DNA of 23,267 nucleotides, from the NCBI GenBank assembly GCA_050331235.1, contig JBHJHA010000113.1, positions 1 through 23,267 of the forward strand, given 5' to 3'. The translations under genes and the position numbers were made by a program. Below, one piece after another: positions 15,879-23,267 of the stretch. The notes beneath the pieces were generated by a model. It was not told the origin of the DNA. It ran no database searches and saw only the letters and a program-made list of their open reading frames with translations. This stretch comes from Leptolyngbyaceae cyanobacterium. Its GTDB lineage: Bacteria; Cyanobacteriota; Cyanobacteriia; Phormidesmidales; Phormidesmidaceae. Each line of letters starts with the position of its first letter. Within the stretch, counting starts at the first letter, position 1.

Positions 15879-16490
15879 TTACCTTAGCAGTTGCGCATAG
15901 CGAGCTTGGATGTCAGAGATTGCAAACAGCGCCTTGAAATTGAGCCCCTGGGATTGATAAAACTCACCGCCGCCCTGCTGACGGTCTACCAGTGCCAACA
16001 CAGTATCAACGGAGTAGCCAGCTTGGCGCAGCCGCTCAACGGCTTTCCAGGCTGACTGTCCTGTTGTCACCACATCTTCAAGGACAACTACCGACGCCCC
16101 CTGGGGCAGGGAGGGGCCTTCAATATAAGCCTGGGTGCCGTGACCCTTGGCTTCTTTGCGGATGATGAGCGGGGTGATGCAGCGATCGCCATAGGCTGCC
16201 ACTAGGCTGACGCTGCTGACCATCGGGTCGGCCCCCAGGGTGAGGCCAGCGACGGCCACCGTCTCAGGGGGCAATTGCGCCAACAGCAACCGCCCTACCA
16301 TTACTCCGCCTGCGGCGTGGAGCGTCACTTGTTTGCCATTGATGTAGTAAGAACTTTTTTGCCCTGACGAGAGGGTAAAGTCGCCCTCTTTATAAGCCAC
16401 CTGACAAAACAAGTCGAGTAGGCGATCTCGCACATCCGGCAGCGGCAGTGTGATCAGAGACAAAATAGGTATCGCTTTATTAGAAGTCAT
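15879..16490 (-). CDS. pyrE: Orotate phosphoribosyltransferase
   Basis: GDFTLSSGQKSSYY, GLTLGADP, IRKEAKGHG and the PRPP motif VVLEDVVTTGQS. The first ATG is at 16490. Confidence 0.95.
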   Translation of the reverse strand: MTSNKAIPILSLITLPLPDVRDRLLDLFCQVAYKEGDFTLSSGQKSSYYINGKQVTLHAAGGVMVGRLLLAQLPPETVAVAGLTLGADPMVSSVSLVAAYGDRCITPLIIRKEAKGHGTQAYIEGPSLPQGASVVVLEDVVTTGQSAWKAVERLRQAGYSVDTVLALVDRQQGGGEFYQSQGLNFKALFAISDIQARYAQLLR

Positions 16491-16677
16491 AGAAAAAATC
16501 AAGAAAGAATGCGCCGCTTTTTGAGAACTGCGCTATAAATGACATGCGAACAGGCGTATTCGATTGCAGACTCAACGGTTAGAGTTGCAATCCAGTGTAC
16601 GTCTCAGCCGGTTGATCGAGGGCAGCGAGTCCCGATTCTGAGTGGGTTCTTTGATTCCGTGGAGTGAGGAAAGCGCA

Positions 16678-17082
16678 ATGGCAAACTTTTTAGTCCGTAC
16701 CCTAACCGCAACTGCAGCAGCCGTTTCCGCAATCGCGATTGCAGCGGTGGCGCAAGCGGACGAGCCCCCCACCGCTGAGTCAGCGTACATTCCTGACGCG
16801 GTCAACGAGATTTTCTTTAGCCACGGCGGTTCCTACAATATCAACCGCTCCCTAGGTGGGCAGCTCGGCACCATGTTTGGAGTTGGCGGCTATCCCGAAG
16901 AGAACATCATGAAAGATGGCTATGCCGTTTTTGATGCTTACAACTATTTACTGCTCCAGCAGACTCAGCTTGATCCCACGATCCGCGTCCCTGACCTAGT
17001 GAACCCCTACACCACCTCGGTCCAGTTCTTACCCGCCGCGCCCGACGCGTCGCTTTCTGGCAGTGAGTTTATCTTTGAATAG
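16678..17082 (+). CDS. Secreted hypothetical protein
   Basis: GAGGAAAG ribosome-binding site before the ATG at 16678, a signal peptide ending AQA, and a C-terminal PTIRVPDLVNPYTTS motif resembling cyanobacterial conserved proteins. Confidence 0.8.
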   Translation: MANFLVRTLTATAAAVSAIAIAAVAQADEPPTAESAYIPDAVNEIFFSHGGSYNINRSLGGQLGTMFGVGGYPEENIMKDGYAVFDAYNYLLLQQTQLDPTIRVPDLVNPYTTSVQFLPAAPDASLSGSEFIFE

Positions 17083-17118
17083 GAACCAGCTGCTCACCTT
17101 GCCCACGCCTCCATTTGG

Positions 17119-17652
17119 ATGAATTCTATCTCTAGCGCGATCGCACTCGGCAGCAACTTGGGAGATTCTCTCGGGATTTTGCAGGGGGCGATCGCTGAGT
17201 TGGAGCAGCACCATGCAATCACATTAGTGAGGTGCTCTCGGCTATATCGCACCTCGCCAGTGGGACCACCCCAGCCAGATTACCTCAACGCCTGTGCCGT
17301 TCTCCAGAGTGGCTTGCCTCCAGATCAGCTTTTAGAACTATTGCTGGCCATCGAGGTCAACTTTGGCCGAGTGCGGCAGGAGCGCTGGGGTCCCCGGCGG
17401 CTCGACCTGGACCTATTGCTGTTTGGTCAGCAGGTTATTGCTACACCAACGCTACAAGTTCCCCATCCTCGCATGTGGGAGCGAGCATTTGTGCTGGTGC
17501 CCTTGGCAGAAATTGCCTCCGACTGGTCCGATCCCATTTCCGGTCGAACCGTCGCCGATTTTAGAGCCGCCATTGCTGATCAAGAAGTCGTGCCCTTAGT
17601 GGACGTCCCACTCCTGGGAAAATCAAGAAATTCTGAGCATATGGTAGGCTGA
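17119..17652 (+). CDS. folK: 2-amino-4-hydroxy-6-hydroxymethyldihydropteridine diphosphokinase (HPPK)
   Basis: ALGSNLGD, QPDYLNA, RWGPRRLDLDLLL and PHPRMWERAFVLVPL. Confidence 0.96.
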   Translation: MNSISSAIALGSNLGDSLGILQGAIAELEQHHAITLVRCSRLYRTSPVGPPQPDYLNACAVLQSGLPPDQLLELLLAIEVNFGRVRQERWGPRRLDLDLLLFGQQVIATPTLQVPHPRMWERAFVLVPLAEIASDWSDPISGRTVADFRAAIADQEVVPLVDVPLLGKSRNSEHMVG

Positions 17653-17738
17653 GTGGCATCATTTTTGAGGCAGCATGGGTGCACGATGCCTTCGGCTAAC
17701 CGTTCGCTCGCCGCCCTTTTCACGCTTAGAGATGCAGT

Positions 17739-18290
17739 ATGCCCTTTGGTAACGAACCCCCTCAACTTTTGAGTCAACGTCTACTCGTCAAGGGACGTAA
17801 ATTCGACTTTGAGATCAACAGTCTGCGGCTACCCAACAAATCCGAAGGTGAGTGGGAATGTATTCGTCACCCCGGCGGGGCGTTGGCCATTCCCCTTACG
17901 GCAGATGGCAAGCTGGTTTTGATGCGGCAATATCGATTTGCCGTGCAGGGGCGACTGCTGGAGTTTCCCGCGGGGACGGTTGAAATTGACGAAACCCCGT
18001 TGCAAACCATTCAGCGAGAAATTCAAGAAGAAGTGGGCTACGAAGCCAAAACCTGGCAGTCCTTGGGCAGCTTCCCCCTAGCGCCAGGCTATTCCGATGA
18101 GTTTATCTATGCGTTTTTAGCTACCGAGCTCCAAACGATCGAGCAGCCCCCCGCAGGAGATGCGGACGAGGATATCGAGGTGGTGTATCTCACCCCTGAG
18201 GAATTTGAGCAGGCGGTCCTCCACGGCGAAGGGGTCGACGCCAAGTCGATCGCCAGCTACTTTATAGCCAAGCCCCAGTTGCCTGGTTAG
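17739..18290 (+). CDS. Nudix hydrolase (ADP-ribose pyrophosphatase-like)
   Basis: IRHPGG, RQYR, LEFPAG, the Nudix box GTVEIDETPLQTIQREIQEEVG, APGYSDE and DAKS. Confidence 0.92.
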   Translation: MPFGNEPPQLLSQRLLVKGRKFDFEINSLRLPNKSEGEWECIRHPGGALAIPLTADGKLVLMRQYRFAVQGRLLEFPAGTVEIDETPLQTIQREIQEEVGYEAKTWQSLGSFPLAPGYSDEFIYAFLATELQTIEQPPAGDADEDIEVVYLTPEEFEQAVLHGEGVDAKSIASYFIAKPQLPG

Positions 18291-18296
18291 CCATAG

Positions 18297-19835
18297 TCAA
18301 CGGACACCCAAATCAGCCCCGATGCGGTGGGCACAGGCAACACCAGAAAAGGCCACTGCGTTGAGTCCTTGCCCGGGAAACGTACTGTCGCCCACGCAAT
18401 AAAGCCCTGGCACCGACGTCCGGTTGAAAGGCATCCCCAACAGTCCCCAGAGTTGGCGGCGCGGCATGGGGCCGTAGGTCCCGTCAACCCGGCCTAAAAA
18501 CCGCCGATGGGTACGCGGCGTCCCAATGGAGCAGTGTTCAATGGCGGTTTCTAGTCCCGGAAAAATTCTAGCCAAACGCTGATCGAGTTGCTGGGCCAGA
18601 GCTTGCTTGTGCTGTTCATAATCACGGGGCGATCGCCCTGCCCAGTCAGCCATCCAGCTCGGCGTAAAGGCATGCAAAATATGGCGTTGGGGCGGGGCTA
18701 GACCGCTATCCATTAGCGTGGGAATGGACAAAAATAGCGTGCCGCCTGCAGCTTCCAGATCAGCCCAGTCATCGAGCAAAATTTGGTGGCAGTCGGTGTT
18801 CGCGGGGATGATGTTAGCACGAACCCCGAGGTGCAAGCTCAAAAAGCTCGGGGCCTGGGCGTACCGCTTCTGCCAAAGCTGCTCACTTTGGGGCGGTTCC
18901 TCTGCGAGTAAGTGATTGAAAGTGTCCCAGCGGGTGGCATTGGAGACAATGCGATCGCCGGTGTACCGTTCTCCTGTGGCAAGCTCTACCCCCACCGCTC
19001 GTCCGTTTTGGGTCACGATGCGAGTCACCCGCGACCGATATTGTAGATAGCCGCCGGCCTGGGTGAATCCGGTGGTGAGGGCCGCAGCGATCTGCCCGAC
19101 GCCCCCCTGGGGGTAGTTGACTCCACCGTAATGGCGATCGCTAAACACCATGCCGGCATTAATCAGAGGCGTTTTCGCTGCAGGCACCACCGACCAGCAA
19201 TAGCACTCCATATCAATAAATCGCCGCAACTCCGGGTCGCGCAGATAGCGCTTCGCCAGCCCCCCGACGTTGGCCGGGAGGTAGCGAGCCAGCCCCAAAC
19301 AGGCGAGGGGATGCTGGGCAAAGACCCGCGCCACATAGCGGGGCGCTTCGAGGGAGCGCAACTCAATGGCATTCAGACAGTTGAACACGCCCCAGCAGGT
19401 ATCGTAAAAGCGGCGAATGCCTGCTCGTTCGTGGGGAAAGCGATCGCCCAGTTCCGTGAGAAAGGCTTCGTAGTCACGGTGTACGCGCACGTCGAGCCCT
19501 CGAGGTAGACGGTAATGGACCTGCACCGGGTCGGGTACGGTCTCGATACTCTGGCCCACCGCTGCGAGGGCCCGGGTGAGCAAGTTGGTGGTGCCCCGCT
19601 GCCCAAACCCAAAAATCATTGAGGCACCCACGTCAAATCGATAGCCATCGCGGTCAAAGTAGCCGGCACTGCCCCCCGGAATCAGGTAGCGCTCTAGCAC
19701 CAGCGGACGCACGCCCCTAGCCGCCAACTGAGTAGCGGTGACTAAGCCGCCGATGCCAGCGCCAATCACAATCACGTCAAAATGGCTGCCATCGGGCCAG
19801 CGTGAAGGAGGAGCAGTCGTGGCCGTTGACATCAT
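18297..19835 (-). CDS. crtH: Carotenoid (prolycopene) isomerase CrtH/CRTISO
   Basis: IGAGIGGLVTATQLA, LERYLIPGGSAG, FDVGASMIFG, FIDMECYCWS, GTPRTHRRFL and GDSTFPGQGLNAVAFSG. The start is probably the ATG at 19835 or 19832 rather than 19892. Confidence 0.95.
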   Translation of the reverse strand: MMSTATTAPPSRWPDGSHFDVIVIGAGIGGLVTATQLAARGVRPLVLERYLIPGGSAGYFDRDGYRFDVGASMIFGFGQRGTTNLLTRALAAVGQSIETVPDPVQVHYRLPRGLDVRVHRDYEAFLTELGDRFPHERAGIRRFYDTCWGVFNCLNAIELRSLEAPRYVARVFAQHPLACLGLARYLPANVGGLAKRYLRDPELRRFIDMECYCWSVVPAAKTPLINAGMVFSDRHYGGVNYPQGGVGQIAAALTTGFTQAGGYLQYRSRVTRIVTQNGRAVGVELATGERYTGDRIVSNATRWDTFNHLLAEEPPQSEQLWQKRYAQAPSFLSLHLGVRANIIPANTDCHQILLDDWADLEAAGGTLFLSIPTLMDSGLAPPQRHILHAFTPSWMADWAGRSPRDYEQHKQALAQQLDQRLARIFPGLETAIEHCSIGTPRTHRRFLGRVDGTYGPMPRRQLWGLLGMPFNRTSVPGLYCVGDSTFPGQGLNAVAFSGVACAHRIGADLGVR

Positions 19836-20140
19836 GGCGATCGCAATCCAAACAAGCAGTTGCAAATGATTATAAATAGTTGAAGTCATCAATCCAGGTC
19901 AAACGCTGCCCCAGTTCATCATGATCCGAGAAATCCCGTTCCCGCTTGAACTCGGCACTCAGCGCCCCGTCCAATACCAGTCCTCTGAATCAAAGTCACA
20001 CATATTAAACTCATCTCCCACCTCCCTTTTATAGGAGCAGTTCCATACGGCGGCTGAGCAGCCCCCTTTCCAAAGGGGCAGCGATAGCAGGAGATCTTCG
20101 AGCTGTAGTGATATTTTGCAGAAGTGGGATAAAACCCTGC

Positions 20141-20165
20141 ACCTAGGACCTAGGACCTAAAACCT
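20141..20165 (+). repeat. Heptamer tandem repeat (ACCTAGG ACCTAGG ACCTAAA ACCT), STRR-like
   Basis: 7-bp periodicity directly visible in the crtH-upp intergenic region. Confidence 0.6.
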
Positions 20166-20268
20166 GTCCTCCGGCAAACCAGTGCCAGTCGGACAGAATT
20201 GCCGCCCCGAACATCGCATCCTTCATCAACGGAGTATGATATTCCAGACCTTTGCGCCCCATTGACTT

Positions 20269-20919
20269 ATGGCCCTGCAACTCCGTGTCTACGTTCCGCC
20301 CCATCCTCTAGTCAAACATTGGTTAGGGGTAGCCCGCGATCAAAATACGCCGGCAGCACTCTTTCGCACAGCGATGACGGAGTTGGGGCGGTGGCTCACC
20401 TACGAGGCCTCCCGGGAATGGTTGCCGACCTTTGAAACCACGGTGGAGACGCCCTTATCTCCTTGCCCAGCCACCTTTGTAAATCCTGACATACCAATGA
20501 TTATTGTGCCGATTTTACGAGCGGGCCTCGCGCTCATGGAGGGGGCGCAGTCCGTTTTGCCGCTAGCCTCGGTCTACCACATTGGCTTCGTGCGCAACGA
20601 AGAAACTTTAGAAGCAAGCTGCTACCTCAACAAGCTGCCAGATCAATTTAAGGAACAGACACGCGTGCTCATCAGTGAACCCATGTTGGCCACCGGGGGT
20701 ACGATGCTGGCCGCCATGGGCGAATTGGTCAATCGAGGCGTCCAGCCCGAATTTGTTCGGATTGTTGCCGTTGTGGCTTCGCCCACAGCCCTCCAAAAAC
20801 TCGCTGAGACTTATCCCGCGCTCACCATCTACACGGCAATTATTGACAAGGGGCTCAACGAAAATGGATATATCGTGCCGGGTCTGGGGGATGCGGGCGA
20901 TCGCACCTTTGGCACTTAA
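20269..20919 (+). CDS. upp: Uracil phosphoribosyltransferase
   Basis: HPLVKHWL, VPILRAGL, RNEETL, PMLATGGT and YIVPGLGDAGDRTFGT. Confidence 0.97.
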   Translation: MALQLRVYVPPHPLVKHWLGVARDQNTPAALFRTAMTELGRWLTYEASREWLPTFETTVETPLSPCPATFVNPDIPMIIVPILRAGLALMEGAQSVLPLASVYHIGFVRNEETLEASCYLNKLPDQFKEQTRVLISEPMLATGGTMLAAMGELVNRGVQPEFVRIVAVVASPTALQKLAETYPALTIYTAIIDKGLNENGYIVPGLGDAGDRTFGT

Positions 20920-21011
20920 CGACATACATCGGATCGGCCGTCTCCAAAGCCGCCCCAATGCCAGTAGACTGTTGACACAGTGACCCCTTCAGACAAATTC
21001 TGTAATTTCCC

Positions 21012-21320
21012 ATGAGTCAACAAGATACTTTTGGCAGCGGCTTCTTTCTCGGCACTCTGTTTGGGGGCGTTGTCGGCGGCATTGTGGGCGCGGTTGTAGC
21101 CTCGCGGGTGCGGCAGGAGCCGACCACTGATGAGAGCTTTAGCTTCTCCGGCGCTACCGATAGCGAGGGCAATGTTTTGCCGCCTACGGACGAAGAAATG
21201 GAACAGGCCCGCCGAGGGCTAGAAGAAAAAATTGCCCAGCTCAATTCGGCCATTGACGATGTGCGGCATCGGTTGGGCACCCCCAATGGTCAAGGACATC
21301 CCCCTAGCGATCAAAACTGA
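21012..21320 (+). CDS. Conserved cyanobacterial membrane-anchored coiled-coil protein
   Basis: Gly-rich hydrophobic N-terminus (GFFLGTLFGGVVGGIVGA) and C-terminal MEQARRGLEEKIAQLNSAIDDVR, a family I recall lying downstream of upp in cyanobacteria. Confidence 0.85.
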   Translation: MSQQDTFGSGFFLGTLFGGVVGGIVGAVVASRVRQEPTTDESFSFSGATDSEGNVLPPTDEEMEQARRGLEEKIAQLNSAIDDVRHRLGTPNGQGHPPSDQN

Positions 21321-21493
21321 TGGCTGACAAAGCTGAAGTAGGCAAAATTCTCGGCAAGGCCACAACTGGGCGAGGCAATGACACGCCCATACAAGCTGGA
21401 GCAAGACAGCACTGTCGCTGCTGATCGCAGCTCAGTTGGGCCAGCCCTGGACGCAGCGATGGTGCCGTTGCGGGTCTGAGGACGAGTCGCCAA

Positions 21494-22210
21494 TTAGGCA
21501 GCTGGCTGAGGCTGAGGCTTGCCAGCAATCCAATCAAAATCAATTTCAGTGAGATAGTCAACCACCCAATTCGCCCGGCGCTGAATCATCCGATAGGGAT
21601 GACAGTGAGCCACCCCAACCACTGGGATACCGGCAGCCTTAGCGCCAGCAATGCCGGGATACCAACCCTCTACCGCTAGGCACTCAGTGGGCTGGAGATG
21701 GAGATCAGGGAAACGGTCGTTCAGGCGGGCGATCGCAATCTCGTATCCCCGGGGGGAAGGTTTTTCCTCTGCAATGGACACATCCTCAGCCGTCACTAAC
21801 ACAGTAAAGGAGTCTGCCAGCTGAGTTTGCGCTAAGACCCACTCCACCTCGGCCTGGGCCGTTGACGTCACCAAGGCTACCGGCATGGCGGCCACCTTGG
21901 CCTGATACAGCAAATCTTCGAGCCCGGGGTAAATCGGCAGTTTTGACAGATTCTCTAACTTGGCTAAATAACCGCTAACCAGTTTGTCTAACAGCTGCGT
22001 GAGTTGGGCATCAGTGGTCACCCGACCGCGCCGTGATAGCAGCCGATCAAGGCAGGCGCGATCGCTCCGTTCAGCGCACATTTCAAAATATTCTTCGGGA
22101 TTGGGGCGTAGGTTTTCAGCAATTAAAATCTCATCCATCAGGTTGGCCTTGAGCCGGGTGTCCTTGATCACCACACCGTTAAAGTCGAGGAATAAGGCTT
22201 TGAGCACCAT
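21494..22210 (-). CDS. HAD-superfamily (subfamily IA) hydrolase with atypical motifs
   Basis: Motif I FLDFNGV, motif II LVTS, motif III KPSP and motif IV CLAVEG..PG..GAKAAGI. Confidence 0.88.
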   Translation of the reverse strand: MVLKALFLDFNGVVIKDTRLKANLMDEILIAENLRPNPEEYFEMCAERSDRACLDRLLSRRGRVTTDAQLTQLLDKLVSGYLAKLENLSKLPIYPGLEDLLYQAKVAAMPVALVTSTAQAEVEWVLAQTQLADSFTVLVTAEDVSIAEEKPSPRGYEIAIARLNDRFPDLHLQPTECLAVEGWYPGIAGAKAAGIPVVGVAHCHPYRMIQRRANWVVDYLTEIDFDWIAGKPQPQPAA

Positions 22211-22312
22211 AGTGACAAACTAAGCGGCAAATGAAATGCTGTTTTGCAGTCTAGCCCACTCCGAGGGGTGGAGTGGGCCCCGCAATGTGATAACTAGCGC
22301 GATCGCCGAGGG

Positions 22313-23267
22313 ATGAAGACCATGGAAAGTCGACTGGCAAGACTGTTTGGCGGGGGCCTCGGCCTCACAGCGAGTCTCAGCTGCTTACCTGCGGTAGCGC
22401 TGTGTCCAGCGGATCTGCCTCAGCGGCTCGCGGCCATATCGGTACGCCCTGAGCTTTCTGGGGCCCGGTTGGGCGTGCAGGTAGAAACGCTATCGGGAAC
22501 TGTTGTGTACAGTCAGGAAGGCGATCGCTTCTTTGTGCCCGCCTCAACGCTCAAGCTATTAACCACGGCGGCGGCCCTGACTGTGCTTGGTCCGGACCAT
22601 ACGCTACCAACCACCATCATGGGAGCGTCAACTGCCACTGGCCGCACGGCCCTGACTGTCGTCGGTGGAGGCGACCCGACCATTAGCACGGCGAGTCTCG
22701 ATGCCCTGGCCCAGCAGCTAGCACCGTATGATCTGAGCCTAGTGGAAGTGCTCTACGGTGATGAGTCGGCCCTTCCAGGGGCGATCGTCAATCCCCATTG
22801 GGAATGGGAAGACGTCCAGGCCGGCTATGGGGCGCCGGTGAATGCCCTGATTTTGAACGAGAACGAAATCGGGCTGACGCTGGTTCCCCAACAAGTCGGG
22901 CAGCCGTTGCAGGTGGTTTGGGATGAGCCTGCTTACGGTGAGGATTGGGCAATTGACAATACCAGTCGCACGGTGGAACCCAACGAAGCTGAGTTTGTCA
23001 GGGTTGGTCGAGAGTTGGGGCGCCCAACCCTGCGCGTCGGGGGGCAGTTGATTGCCGGAGCCGAGCCAGAAACCGCCGCCATTGCCGAACCAAATCCGGG
23101 ACTAGCCTTTTTGGCTGCCCTTCAGGCGGCGCTCGCGACCCAAGGTATCAGGGTCCAACAAACCCACTTATCGCCCCCCCCGGGGGGGGGGGGCTGGGAG
23201 AGCTTGGGGGCGAGGGGAGCCCCGGCGTAGGGAGGGAGAAGGATAGCCACGAACCAAGATAGAAGAT
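22313..23267 (+). CDS. dacB: D-Ala-D-Ala carboxypeptidase/endopeptidase (PBP4, peptidase S13), incomplete at the 3' end
   Basis: Signal peptide, PASTLKLLTT (SxxK), GGGDPT and WEWEDVQAGYGA. The TAG at 23228-23230 lies in low-quality G-rich sequence, and the frame continues to IATNQD at the window edge. Confidence 0.88.

Larger units (their letters stand above)
2338..22528. repeat. Dispersed HIP1 octamers (GCGATCGC)
   Basis: About 35 copies by hand count (e.g. 2338, 5361, 7451, 18951, 22521). Roughly one or fewer would be expected by chance in 23 kb. This over-representation is a hallmark of cyanobacterial genomes. Confidence 0.9.

Noticed and set aside
20061..20079. GCCCCCTTT-cc-AAAGGGGC palindrome
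   Set aside because: It resembles common cyanobacterial small dispersed palindromes and is a single copy here, with no evidence of a specific function.
23174..23193. C8/G12 tract as a phase-variation switch or G-quadruplex
   Set aside because: It is better explained by low-quality terminal sequence, since the DacB frame stays in register across it.

Overview
Chromosomal segment of a cyanobacterium. About 35 hand-counted HIP1 octamers (GCGATCGC), crtH and a PEP-CTERM protein support this; a filamentous Leptolyngbya/Nodosilinea-like organism is a guess. It is mostly housekeeping DNA: cdsA, class I DAHP synthase, a PAS-PAS hybrid histidine kinase, an orphan sdhB, a 2OG-Fe(II) oxygenase, an RCK-gated K+ channel, HtrA protease, nurA, pyrE, folK, a Nudix hydrolase, crtH, upp, a HAD hydrolase and dacB. 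The left end is a decayed IS1-family transposase remnant. The last ~95 nt look like G-biased base-calling error that creates a false stop in dacB. The most unusual part is 8090-10768, where a 520-aa protein (a truncated MazG-like N-terminal segment followed by an internally duplicated body of four KGK-like modules) is co-oriented with an orphan GvpF/L-family gene and a small conserved protein, near a stand-alone SLATT/DUF4231 gene. I found no rRNA, tRNA, CRISPR array or prophage. All family calls come from motif recognition by eye, not from database searches.
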